Source: Thermodesulfovibrionales bacterium
Lineage (GTDB): Bacteria > Nitrospirota > Thermodesulfovibrionia > Thermodesulfovibrionales > SM23-35
DNA length: 61,870 nucleotides
Direction: 5' to 3'
NCBI GenBank assembly: GCA_041660325.1
Contig: JBAZWR010000003.1
Coordinates: 1 to 61,870, forward strand
The first letter of the stretch is position 1. Each line of letters begins with the position of its first letter. The notes below the pieces were generated by a model. That model saw only the letters and a program-made list of their open reading frames with translations, was not told the DNA's origin and searched no databases. The translations under genes were made by a program, and so were the position numbers. Positions 52,717 to 61,870 of this stretch are shown piece after piece.

Positions 52717-53844
52717 CTACAGATCCAATCCGCAAGCAGGACCCGTAATATACGTAAGAGTTTCCGGAACGCTGCAGTAATCTCTGTGCATCGGATGAAT
52801 AACATCCCAGCTCAGCTCACTTGTGTCCGCAGCTTCCCTCTGGTAAGCCCATCCGAAGATCGAGTAGTACTGACCCGTAGTTAAGGTACAGACAGTGACG
52901 TCCGTAGTACCGGTTATTATATGGGAAACCCCGCCAATATCACCGGATTCAACTATGCCCAGTTGAGCAAAGCCGCCCTTGGGGAAACCTGTGTGAATGA
53001 CCGGAAGGTGTTGTCCCACATCGATTATGTTGAGTTCTCTCGGAATGCCAATCTCGAAATCCGGGCAGACCTCTTGTTCATTACAAATTATACCGGTGAG
53101 CTTCCTTGAGAACAGAGCGCCCGAACAATTTACATATTCAACATCACATGTTACCTTGCCGATCTGATTTCTTCCTGCCATAATTATCCACCAGTTCCAT
53201 GTCTGTGCCTTATCATTCAGTAAAAAGTATCTTGGCATAAAATCATGGGCTGTGATAGGGGCAGCACCAGCGTCTTCTTCCATACGTGCGCCGGCACCAT
53301 CTTCGAGCCCGATGCCGTTAAGGCCGCTGACAAATCCTAAATTTAAGTCCTCAAGATAGGCCCATGAAACAAGGTCGTTACCGCTAGTTTCTGTATTGGT
53401 GAAGATTACATAACCGGCGTACCAATCTTGCCCTTCCACGGAAATTCTCATCTGGTCCTTCTGAGTGGGGCTCATGCTATCGATGATGTCCTTGCAGTTT
53501 AAGGACTCCACATCATGGCAGGTAAGCGGCTTGTTGAAAGTAAGAACTTCTTTGCTGCAGGAGTTTCTTACCGAAGCATGCGCTACTATCACCGCATTGC
53601 CGTCAGGGGTTGTTATAATAGGTTCGACTAATGTTGAACACTCTTTGTCACTATCAAAACCGGCGTGAGCAAGAGCGAAGGCGGTATTCAGGCCATGGGA
53701 TGCATCCACACCGCACATAATTGGGATTACGACAGCATTTGCGGGCACATCGTCAGCTACACCAAGGACGGCATGGGCAGTGCCTATGCCACAGAGTAAC
53801 ATAGAAAGCATTGCTACGATTGTTAATAAACTTCTTATTTTCAC
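52717..53844 (-). CDS. Secreted protein of unknown family (paralog B)
   Basis: It has a GTG start preceded by AAGGAGGAGG. The signal is MKIRSLLTIVAMLSMLLCGIGTAHA|VLGVADDV.... It shares blocks with the protein encoded at 44462-45484. Confidence 0.6.
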   Translation of the reverse strand: MKIRSLLTIVAMLSMLLCGIGTAHAVLGVADDVPANAVVIPIMCGVDASHGLNTAFALAHAGFDSDKECSTLVEPIITTPDGNAVIVAHASVRNSCSKEVLTFNKPLTCHDVESLNCKDIIDSMSPTQKDQMRISVEGQDWYAGYVIFTNTETSGNDLVSWAYLEDLNLGFVSGLNGIGLEDGAGARMEEDAGAAPITAHDFMPRYFLLNDKAQTWNWWIIMAGRNQIGKVTCDVEYVNCSGALFSRKLTGIICNEQEVCPDFEIGIPRELNIIDVGQHLPVIHTGFPKGGFAQLGIVESGDIGGVSHIITGTTDVTVCTLTTGQYYSIFGWAYQREAADTSELSWDVIHPMHRDYCSVPETLTYITGPACGLDL

Positions 53845-54064
53845 TTTTAAACCTCCTCCTTATGGGAATTCAGGAACTCAGATTTCTAGCCAATGGCTAA
53901 GACAAAACAGAATCTAAAACCTCACCTTTAGCCTGCCTTTACTTATCACCTCCTTCACTTCAAAAAAATTTTCTGCAATCTTGAGTGCTATCAACGATAG
54001 CCTATTACTTATCATTAACTTCTCCCTAACTTCTCCCTGCACTGGACATCTCTATTTCGCATAA

Positions 54065-54093
54065 ATTTTAAATAAAGGTCTTGCCTTTGTCAA
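54065..54093 (-). promoter_or_regulatory. Sigma-70-like promoter (TTGACA-17-TAAAAT) for paralog B
   Basis: Read on the minus strand, TTGACA is at 54093-54088 and TAAAAT at 54070-54065. This implies a 5' leader of about 210 nt. Confidence 0.4.
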
Positions 54094-54368
54094 GCTTTTT
54101 TTTAATAACATTCCCCTTAATCATTCTATAGTTAGTGAGTATAACCATATTATTCCGCGCCTGTCAAGTACTATGATAGAAAAGCTCAGTGCATTTCTAT
54201 GCAAAAAACAGACCAGATTCAATCCCGTGTAAATGCCTGTATTTCGGGATACAGGGAGTCCCTGTTTGTGTGTTTTCTGCATCATTTCTGTGTATTTTGT
54301 GCCATATTGATACACGTTGCTATTTAAAAATAAAATGCCTCCGGAATCCTTATCATATCCTGTCCTAT

Positions 54369-56285
54369 TCATTCCAGCCTCCCGGAAGACATCCCCTCAA
54401 TGTCCTTTTTTACACCCTTATCAATACGCTCTAAATATTCCGAGGTTACCTCGCCTGCTTCCTTACCGCTTTTGATAACATGCGGTGTAAGCAGTATTAT
54501 AAGCTCTGTCCTGTCGGTTTTAACTGATGTATTAGAAAAAAGACTGCCTATGAGAGGTATCTTGCTCAAGATAGGGATGCCGTCTATCTGTTTTGATTTG
54601 TTTTCTCTTATAAGCCCGCCAATAATGATCGTCTCCCCGTCCTGTGCGATAAGATTCGTAGAAGTCTCTGTTTTATCTATAGATGGATACTCTTGCCCGG
54701 CGATGATCGCATTTGTCGTGCCTGCTGAAGATATCTCCTGAGTCAACTCAATTGAAACCAGTCCGCTGTCATTAATCTGTGGCTTCACCTTAAGAATGAT
54801 TCCTATATCTTTGTACTGTATTGTTGATGTAGTAGGAATTGTACTATCTGCAGTTGTGCCCGCAACATAGGTGGTCGATGAAGTGGCAAGGGGAATCTGT
54901 GATCCCACCTGTATCCTTGCCTCACGGTTATCCAATACGAGTATATGGGGCGCTGCAAGGACCTTGCCTTTTGAATTCAGCAGGGCGGCAGTCAACTTGG
55001 CTCTTACTATATTGCTGGGATCTGTCGCCACAAAGGTAAATCCTTTTCCGGTTGACGCATCCAGTGCCCCACCCGTGGGTAGACTAGTCATGTTGCCACT
55101 CAGACTCTTGACATTGAGATTTTGCAAAGACCATGAAATCCCGAAATTCCAGTTGTCTGTTAGTGTTACTTGTGCGATGAGTCCTTCGATCACCACCTGT
55201 CTCGGCATGGTATCGATCTTCTTGAGGGTCTCTTCGATGAATGAATAATCGCTGGGTGTTGCAAGGATTATGAGCGAATTACTTATCTCATCGGCAAAGG
55301 CCCTCGTCTCAGGGGATACAAAACCGCCGCCGCCTGAAACCGCCGTTGAAGCGCCTGTCTTCGGAGCAGCCGGCTGGGGCTGTGCAGGGACTGTTCCGGT
55401 TGTCTTTGCCGGAGCAGGATAAGTCTGAGACGGAGAATGAGACGGGGTAGAAGCAGTTCCGGAAAAAATCGACTGCAACAGAGAAGCTATATGTTCCGCC
55501 TTGCTGTTCTGAAGCGGATAGACAAATATCTTCGGTTTTGCTACAGCAAACATTTTATCAAAGACCCCGATCCATTGCCTGATGTAATCGAGCTGCTGCT
55601 GAGAAGACGCCACCACGATAAGGGCGTTCATGCGGAAGATCGGAAGGATCCTCACTGTCCCGCCCTGCAACTGAAGGCCCAGCGCATTTTCGATATCAGG
55701 CATGGCCTCTTTCAGTTCGAGGTTCTTGAACGCGAACATTTCTATGGCAACCTTTCCCGGTGTTTTGCCGATCTGGGAAAAGACAAGTTCTTTTGAGACA
55801 TCGGCCAAAGGTATTATCCTGTAAAGTCCGCCTTCTTCCACAAAACCGATGCCGTTCATTCTGAAGATAATCTCCATCACGGAGAGGACCTGGTCCTTAG
55901 GGATGGGTGTGACGGTCCTGAAGTTGACCCTGCCCTTCACCTGCGGGTCGATGATGTAGTTGACTTTGAGGACGTCGGCAAAGATTGTCTGCACCACCTC
56001 GAATATGTCCGCATCGTCAAAAAAGAAACTTACGGTAGGAGACGCCTTTTGAGGCTGTGCGGGTTTCTCCGGCATAGCCTGTTGTTGTTGAGGTTGAGCC
56101 GATAAGGGTTCTTCCGCCTTAGGCTTCTGCGCCCCGGCTTCCGGCTGATTCATTTCCGGCGCCTTTATTTCAGCTTCAGCCTGCGGGGGTTTTTCATCTC
56201 CCGAAACCTGTGAAAAAGACGGCGGAACGATATATAAAGAAAGTATCAGACTGATAAGAGTAAGAAAATAGGCCCTATAATTCAA
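54369..56285 (-). CDS. gspD: Type II secretion secretin GspD
   Basis: 638 aa with a signal peptide, N0/N1-like domains, and a C-terminal secretin domain (GETIIIGGLI...IPILSKIPLIGSLF...ELIILLTPHVI). Confidence 0.9.
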   Translation of the reverse strand: MNYRAYFLTLISLILSLYIVPPSFSQVSGDEKPPQAEAEIKAPEMNQPEAGAQKPKAEEPLSAQPQQQQAMPEKPAQPQKASPTVSFFFDDADIFEVVQTIFADVLKVNYIIDPQVKGRVNFRTVTPIPKDQVLSVMEIIFRMNGIGFVEEGGLYRIIPLADVSKELVFSQIGKTPGKVAIEMFAFKNLELKEAMPDIENALGLQLQGGTVRILPIFRMNALIVVASSQQQLDYIRQWIGVFDKMFAVAKPKIFVYPLQNSKAEHIASLLQSIFSGTASTPSHSPSQTYPAPAKTTGTVPAQPQPAAPKTGASTAVSGGGGFVSPETRAFADEISNSLIILATPSDYSFIEETLKKIDTMPRQVVIEGLIAQVTLTDNWNFGISWSLQNLNVKSLSGNMTSLPTGGALDASTGKGFTFVATDPSNIVRAKLTAALLNSKGKVLAAPHILVLDNREARIQVGSQIPLATSSTTYVAGTTADSTIPTTSTIQYKDIGIILKVKPQINDSGLVSIELTQEISSAGTTNAIIAGQEYPSIDKTETSTNLIAQDGETIIIGGLIRENKSKQIDGIPILSKIPLIGSLFSNTSVKTDRTELIILLTPHVIKSGKEAGEVTSEYLERIDKGVKKDIEGMSSGRLE

Positions 56286-56322
56286 AAACGCCTCCTTCGA
56301 TATTTCTTGTTATACTCATGTA

Positions 56323-56351
56323 ACAATAATTTATTCTCATTTTATTGTCAA
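56323..56351 (-). promoter_or_regulatory. Sigma-70-like promoter (TTGACA-17-TATTGT) upstream of gspD
   Basis: Read on the minus strand, TTGACA is at 56351-56346 and TATTGT at 56328-56323. It lies about 40 nt upstream of the gspD start, which has a GAAGGAGG Shine-Dalgarno sequence. Confidence 0.4.
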
Positions 56352-56441
56352 GATTGACCCCGTTTTTTCTCTGCTATTTTCTCCCGGCCCGAAAAATACT
56401 TCCGGACCGGCTTGTCTACTCGCTTACCGCAGAATAAATAA

Positions 56442-57554
56442 TTATAACAAATGCAATGAAGATATTACGTTTTCAAATTCCGGTGCAATAGTGTCCCACA
56501 GATACCGTTGCGCGTATCTGCGGCCATGGAGTCCCAGATCGTGTCTCATATCATCATGTTGAAGGAGCATCCCAAGTTTTTCACGCAACCCATCGGAAAA
56601 TCCTGACGGAAAACTGACACCAAATCCATTTTTTTCAACGAATTGCAATTCGGGGATATCGCTCACAATCACAGCCTTTCCGCAGGCGGCCGCTTCTATA
56701 ATGCTTATCGGCGAAGATTCATGCCGTGACGGAAGGACAAATAATTTTGCCCGTGACAGGAGTCTCATTCTCTCCTCGCCTGTCACAAACCCTGCATAGG
56801 CAATTTTCCCGCGCAAGGAAGGCGGGCATCCCGACAAAACGGTTTCAAACTTGTCGGATTCATATCCTGCGAGCACGAGCTTAAGATGTGGATATTCCGG
56901 AGCCAATCGTTCAAAAGCGCTTATCAGGAGATCGATCCCTTTCGTATACCTGTCTATCCTGCTGAAAAAGAGGATATAATCGTCTTCTTCGGAATTTATG
57001 TCCAACAGATTTTTATCGATTCCGTTCGGGATGACGGAACATACTTTGACATGCCTCCTTATCCCGGCCATCACTTTATTTTTCGTCACTTCGGATACAA
57101 AGATAAACTTATCAAAGAGGCACGGATAAAACTTCTCCGCAAAGTTCATCGGGGTTGAGAGCAAGGGATTAAATTTTTCAAATACATGCTTATACATTAC
57201 TCCCTGGACCTGCAGGATAACGGGCGTCTTCGTCATCAGCGGTGAAAAAAATGGGGTTGAAGGCAGGAAATTCTCAACGATGATATCGAAATCATCTCCG
57301 TGTTTTTTCACGTAAAGCGCCGCCTTCATCGTATATGCAAGCACGCTTTTCATGAGGCTCTTTGACTCCGTCCCGACGAAAACATGCTTCAGTCCATGGA
57401 TATCACCGTCTTTGGCGCCCGGATATTGCATGCACAAAAGCGTAATATCATGCCGTTCCGCCAACCGTTTGTATATTTCATAAGCCCTGACCCCTGCGCC
57501 GCCAAAACCGTAAGGGCTGTTAAAGCTTTCATAAATGATCTGAAGAATTTTCAT
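56442..57554 (-). CDS. Glycosyltransferase family 4 (GT-B)
   Basis: SRHESSPISIIEAAACGKAVIVSD is the GT4 C-terminal motif. I chose the ATG at 57554 (MKILQIIYES). Confidence 0.8.
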   Translation of the reverse strand: MKILQIIYESFNSPYGFGGAGVRAYEIYKRLAERHDITLLCMQYPGAKDGDIHGLKHVFVGTESKSLMKSVLAYTMKAALYVKKHGDDFDIIVENFLPSTPFFSPLMTKTPVILQVQGVMYKHVFEKFNPLLSTPMNFAEKFYPCLFDKFIFVSEVTKNKVMAGIRRHVKVCSVIPNGIDKNLLDINSEEDDYILFFSRIDRYTKGIDLLISAFERLAPEYPHLKLVLAGYESDKFETVLSGCPPSLRGKIAYAGFVTGEERMRLLSRAKLFVLPSRHESSPISIIEAAACGKAVIVSDIPELQFVEKNGFGVSFPSGFSDGLREKLGMLLQHDDMRHDLGLHGRRYAQRYLWDTIAPEFENVISSLHLL

Positions 57555-58581
57555 AGGGAGCATTGTCAGCCTGCAGGCCACAATACACTGCCTGATCTGC
57601 AGATGGTTTCTCTCTGGCGTCTTCCTTTGCCTCCATAATCCCCTTTATCTTGCATGCCTTGAAGACCCACCAGTAGGCTTTGTAAACAAGTATCTTCGTC
57701 AGGTCATCAAACACAAAAGGGTATTTCTGTTTAAGAGAGGCGATCCTGTCAAGTTCCCTGGCTGAATTGACCTTTGCTTTAAATACCGCCGCAATGTCAT
57801 TCCACAATTCTTCAGCTTCGATAACTTCCGTCCACCTCTTCACTTCGGGATCATCATGCAATATACTGAAGACATACTGCGACCTTCCCTGCCTGATAAG
57901 CCTCATGCAGAAATCGTCAAAGGTGACGGCCCTCACCATCTTGCTTGCCGCCTTACCATTATAAACAACCTTCAGCCCGTATTTCGAGAGACGGTACCCG
58001 AGTTCGATGTCCTCGCAGCCGAACCTGAATACCGGATTGAACACCCCGTTTTCCAGCAGGAACCCCCTTTTGCACGAAGAACGGCCTCCCCAGAAATAGG
58101 TGTAGTCAAGAATATCTCCATGCTTGATATGCGGATATGAAAAAAGGAAACAGCCGACTTCCGTTATGAAATTCATCAAAGGTGTAATGACAAGGTCTTG
58201 AGCCCATGTCGTGTAATGCAAAACCGCCATATGCTGCTCGGAGTATTTCCTGTGCGTCTTGATATGCTCCTCAAGAAGTGTAGGCATTGCTATATCGTCG
58301 TCATCCAGAAACAGGACAATCTCGCCGCCCGATGCGAATATCCCATGGTTCTTGGCCGCTGCCAGCCCGGAATTCTTCTGATAGAAATATGTGAGCGGCA
58401 GTAAAGGCTTGAAATTCTGCACAAGATTCCTGGTATCGTCGGACGAACCGTCATCTATAATAATGATTTCGTAGTCATTCTTCGATACCGTTTGCCGGGT
58501 CAGACTGTCCAGCACCAGCTTCAGATAGCCGGAACGGTTGTATGTGCAGACAATTACACTGAGTGGTATTTTTCTATTCAT
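57529..58581 (-). CDS. Glycosyltransferase family 2
   Basis: It has LSVIVCTYNRSGYL...YEIIIIDDGSSDDT and the motif LFLDDDD. Confidence 0.85.
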   Translation of the reverse strand: MNRKIPLSVIVCTYNRSGYLKLVLDSLTRQTVSKNDYEIIIIDDGSSDDTRNLVQNFKPLLPLTYFYQKNSGLAAAKNHGIFASGGEIVLFLDDDDIAMPTLLEEHIKTHRKYSEQHMAVLHYTTWAQDLVITPLMNFITEVGCFLFSYPHIKHGDILDYTYFWGGRSSCKRGFLLENGVFNPVFRFGCEDIELGYRLSKYGLKVVYNGKAASKMVRAVTFDDFCMRLIRQGRSQYVFSILHDDPEVKRWTEVIEAEELWNDIAAVFKAKVNSARELDRIASLKQKYPFVFDDLTKILVYKAYWWVFKACKIKGIMEAKEDAREKPSADQAVYCGLQADNAPYENSSDHL

Positions 58582-58723
58582 AATTATTATTGTTAAATTT
58601 TATCATAATTTACTGCAATACTTTTTTAATTTCAAGAACCTCTATTCGCAAAAGCCGAAGATTATGTTAAATAACAATATCGGTTAATTGCGAAGTGAAA
58701 TACATTGCATGGCTGGAAATGAG

Positions 58724-58915
58724 TCAATTATCACTATTATAGACAGTAGTTAAGGAAATAGTCCTGAAAGGTATCGTCTTCTTCATCGCTATTGGTTGAA
58801 TGAGCCTTTCTGTTGTCCCTATAAATGCCCATTTATTTACTCCGTGTGTCTCACATATCTCCTTTACAGTTTTTATGTCAGTCCTTTTGTGCTTGCGCAA
58901 TATTAGCGAGACCAT
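58724..58915 (-). CDS. Small HTH protein, excisionase/AlpA-like (possible mobile-element remnant)
   Basis: IKTVKEICETHGVNKWAFIGTTERLIQPIAMKKTIPFR loosely resembles the HTH_17/excisionase pattern (L.V.E.A..LGVSK.T.Y......IP......F). It sits alone in a 674-bp gap. Confidence 0.3.
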   Translation of the reverse strand: MVSLILRKHKRTDIKTVKEICETHGVNKWAFIGTTERLIQPIAMKKTIPFRTISLTTVYNSDN

Positions 58916-59255
58916 AGAAATCAGCCCTTAACTCAGATAATTTATGACTCTTTCATGCAGAAGATTATTTGAGCTTTTTTAAGAGGAACGAAGATGATAA
59001 AACACAAATTTGGAACAGTCACATGATCTGATCCAATAGACTCATACGGAAAAGAATTTTGTGGTAGTCTTAGGCACACCTCACCCTTGAGAATATTACC
59101 TATAGCTATCACAAACTGTTAAGTGTTGTCTGCTTGCCTTGACAACAACGATCCCGAATCAGAGTGTATCTCCCCTTCCTCAAAATCAACCATGCGTTTG
59201 TACAGTCAAATGCCATCCAAATATTCAGCGCGATTAAATTATTATTTTACACTAT

Positions 59256-61571
59256 TCAGAGTATAGTCTTTAGTTTCCACATTTTTCCCATTATTAAGAA
59301 AATGCAAAAAGCACCAACTAAACCTGCCAAGGAAACTGCAAATCCGATTCGAAAACTTTTTGGATTAAATTCAAACAGCACAATATGTTTACCCTTAGGG
59401 ATACTTGTTCCCATAAAATAATAATTTGTCCGTATTGCATCATGCTTATTACTATAATCCACACTCGCTTCCCACCCCGGATAATAAGTTTCACTCAACA
59501 CAAGCAGACCGGGACAATCATTCTCAACAACAATTTCCCGTGTATTGGGATGAAATTCGACTATTTCCACATTCTTTTTTCCAGAACATATCCCTTTATG
59601 CTCAAAAATCACCGGCTGTTCAACAACAGCCCGATTTCTAACGTCAAATTCCTTATCAGAAAGCCTATCAATAATCAGGTCTGGATCGCTTATATAGTCG
59701 ACCTGACTTGCAAAATAGGCCCTCGGTAGCGTTTCTTCCTCAGACAATATTTTTATTGAATGATCAGGGGTCACGATATATTTCACATTGGACAGCATAA
59801 GGAATTTCCTAAAGTCTATATCCCTGAATTTTCCATTGAATATTCCATATCTTTTCAGAATCATGGGTTTGACACCGTCAACGAGAAAAACTTTATGCAA
59901 AATTATCCTATTAAATCCGAGGATATCCAATTTGAAATAACTATAAGGCATATATGGCAAATAGGCAGAAAACGTTTTATGGTCTTCTTTCCCATCATCG
60001 ATATAAATTCTATACATTCCCCGCTCTATGTCTTCTTTGTCTATAAAAGGATTCTTCTTTTCTATTTTCTTTGGTAGTTCTCCACTGTCAACCATCGATA
60101 GCAAAATAGCAGGTCTTTTTTCCAATTCCTTATGGTCCATCTTATGACCAATGGTCTCAGCTCCTTTAAAATGAATATAAAAATCAAAGAAAACTATAAC
60201 AGTTAAAAGAACATACAGGACATTTTTACCCCTACTGCTTATAAGAAACCTTAGTATGATATTCAAGAGCAAAAAGATAATAATGAATATTACCAGGTCA
60301 GAAATAATATTCGACGACATATCATCGTTCACAGTCGATGAAAATGCCTTTAGCGTTAAAGCAAGAAGAATCAGCAAGGTAATGAGCCAATACACGTACA
60401 GAATTCGTGTCTTTACATTTTTACCTTCCGAAATATTATCAATTCCTATCCCTGTAAGAAGGGCCGAGAAAAAAATAAAAACAAACCGGCAGTTTACAGG
60501 AGACCGGAACAGATCAAACCCGGGCGCGATTGAATACAGCACTTTAAAAATCAATCCGTTATCGCCCATGGCTATTAAGAGTGTTAATAATCCCATGCCG
60601 GCGAAGAACCATGATTCCCTTCTCATTTTCACAAAGCTGTATGGAAGAACTGCGAGGAAAATAATGCCGCAATAAATTGAAGAATGGGTTATATCAGTCA
60701 TTCCGATGTAGGGCCCCCGGACGCTTCCTACATAATTTGGAAGTAGTGCAGTGGCAAGATGAAGCGGGTGGAGTTGTCCCGATGTAGTCACTACCTCGTA
60801 TAACATTGGCCCGTTCCTGCCGGACATCTGCAAAAATTCAAAAGTCGGTAGAAGCTGCACAGCGCCAATCAATATACCAAACACCAGTGACAGGATGAGG
60901 AGCTTAACAGGAAAAAAGGTAAACCTTCTTTCTTCATCATTAATAAAACACCGGAAAACTGCAACAAATATAACCACATAAAGGATATACAGCAGCGTCT
61001 GCGGATGCCCGGCAAGGATGAGAACTCCGATTGACAATGCGGTCGGGAAAAAATATCTGATATCCAAATTCCCCAGCCCCTTTTCAAAGAAATATAAAAT
61101 GAGTGGGAGCCAGACAACGGAATCTATTATAGTGAGCTGATGAAAATGGTTAATCATAAACCCGCTATACATATAAATCAGGGCCGTAACAATTCGTCCG
61201 GCAGTGTTTTTGAGATGTAAGCCTGAGTAGCAATACATAAAAATACCTGCCAGGATATAGTGGAGTACAAGTTGGATATAAACAATTTTTGCAGTAAATA
61301 CAGTCAGCAATGATATCATCAAATTGACAGGGTAGAAAGTCTGGTTCTGCGGATCGGCAAAAATCGGATATCCGTCGAGCAAAAAAGGATTCCAAAGAGG
61401 GATGGTGCCGTTTCTCCATAGGTGGCTTGTATACCACAGCAACGGGAAAAATTCATCAGCCGCATCTCCCATGATAGCCCTTCGATCCCAAAAAATGCCC
61501 TGTGCAAAAAACAGCAGAGAAGTGCCCGCAATAAACAAAACGGAATAGAGGACTTTTCTATTTTTGATCAT
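59256..61571 (-). CDS. YfhO-family GT-C-like membrane protein (second copy)
   Basis: 771 aa and polytopic. The C-terminal block LLVLSETYYPGWEASVDYSN parallels the YfhO encoded at 46740-49502. Confidence 0.8.
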   Translation of the reverse strand: MIKNRKVLYSVLFIAGTSLLFFAQGIFWDRRAIMGDAADEFFPLLWYTSHLWRNGTIPLWNPFLLDGYPIFADPQNQTFYPVNLMISLLTVFTAKIVYIQLVLHYILAGIFMYCYSGLHLKNTAGRIVTALIYMYSGFMINHFHQLTIIDSVVWLPLILYFFEKGLGNLDIRYFFPTALSIGVLILAGHPQTLLYILYVVIFVAVFRCFINDEERRFTFFPVKLLILSLVFGILIGAVQLLPTFEFLQMSGRNGPMLYEVVTTSGQLHPLHLATALLPNYVGSVRGPYIGMTDITHSSIYCGIIFLAVLPYSFVKMRRESWFFAGMGLLTLLIAMGDNGLIFKVLYSIAPGFDLFRSPVNCRFVFIFFSALLTGIGIDNISEGKNVKTRILYVYWLITLLILLALTLKAFSSTVNDDMSSNIISDLVIFIIIFLLLNIILRFLISSRGKNVLYVLLTVIVFFDFYIHFKGAETIGHKMDHKELEKRPAILLSMVDSGELPKKIEKKNPFIDKEDIERGMYRIYIDDGKEDHKTFSAYLPYMPYSYFKLDILGFNRIILHKVFLVDGVKPMILKRYGIFNGKFRDIDFRKFLMLSNVKYIVTPDHSIKILSEEETLPRAYFASQVDYISDPDLIIDRLSDKEFDVRNRAVVEQPVIFEHKGICSGKKNVEIVEFHPNTREIVVENDCPGLLVLSETYYPGWEASVDYSNKHDAIRTNYYFMGTSIPKGKHIVLFEFNPKSFRIGFAVSLAGLVGAFCIFLIMGKMWKLKTIL

Positions 61572-61870
61572 GATGATTTTTCAGCGAACAATTTATGCAG
61601 ATTAAATGAAAGCCCGTCTGCGCTTATGCAGTTATACAAAAAAAGCTGGGAACATACATATTTAAGCCTGAATGTTGTAAGCATTTTTTCAGCATCAAGG
61701 GCCGACATGCTTAAAAAAGACTTGCGGATATCCGCGCCTGATCCGCCATAGATAGACTACATATACGCTTTTTCAATAATCTGAAAAACTGCAATGTTTT
61801 CACAAATTAATATTTGTAAAGACTACATATGTATTGTTTTCTCCTGTCACCATCCCACCGGCAGATAAGA

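Noticed and set aside
54290-54305. A perfect TGGCAC hexamer on the minus strand just downstream of the secretin stop. I considered it as a sigma-54 -24 box.
   Set aside because: The -12 position reads ACACA instead of TTGCA. The site is about 450 nt from the next start codon.
54121-54372. An 83-aa ORF whose ATG overlaps the secretin stop (ATGA). I considered it as a possible pilotin.
   Set aside because: It has no signal peptide or lipobox and its composition is odd. It also spans the region where a good promoter and the 5' leader for the downstream paralog gene are found.
61568-61708. A 46-codon minus-strand ORF whose stop overlaps the second yfhO start (ATGA).
   Set aside because: It has no Shine-Dalgarno sequence and no recognisable motif. 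It may be the decayed 3' end of an upstream gene, and the window ends too soon to judge.

Overview
This is a 61.9-kb bacterial chromosomal window. I cannot assign a taxon from the sequence alone. All calls come from reading the supplied ORF translations and the DNA by eye; no searches were run.

Layout:
- 1-15 kb: housekeeping and stress genes. These are an AIR-synthase-like fragment, an hpt remnant, an MTH1187-family protein, rtcA, DUF2934, Hsp20, GYD, two phosphoribosyltransferases, archaemetzincin, a JAB/MPN protein, ftsK, uppP, RNase J, LOG, thermonuclease and fdhD.
- 15.4-23.0 kb: a tightly packed type II secretion / type IV filament-like operon, gspE-F-H-I-J-K-L(PilM/N-like)-M.
- 23.0-27.9 kb: a regulatory module (receiver-only protein, REC-PAS-PAS histidine kinase, NtrC-type sigma-54 activator) followed by a gspC-like gene.
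- 28-49.5 kb: a visibly AT-richer glycan island. It holds PIG-L, GNAT, GT2, GT4, GT9, methyltransferases, a radical SAM/SPASM protein and a Wzm/Wzt exporter. Four large GT-C-like membrane proteins lie here: one TMTC-like with TPRs, one PMT/ArnT-like, one DD-motif protein and one YfhO. A fifth, a second YfhO, lies at 59.3-61.6 kb.
- 44.4-53.8 kb: a battery of secreted proteins and lipoproteins of unknown function.
- 54.4-56.3 kb: the matching GspD secretin, about 26 kb away from gspC.

Main leads:
1. The secretion genes, glycosylation genes and cargo-like genes look like one supercluster. It contains two divergent secreted paralogs of an unrecognised family that share a conserved mature N-terminus.
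2. A structured repeat of about 140-215 bp is present three times around the secretion operon. One copy carries a sigma-54-like -24/-12 element.
3. Short palindromic elements are inserted in frame in rtcA and in one yfhO gene.

No rRNA, tRNA or CRISPR array was recognised.
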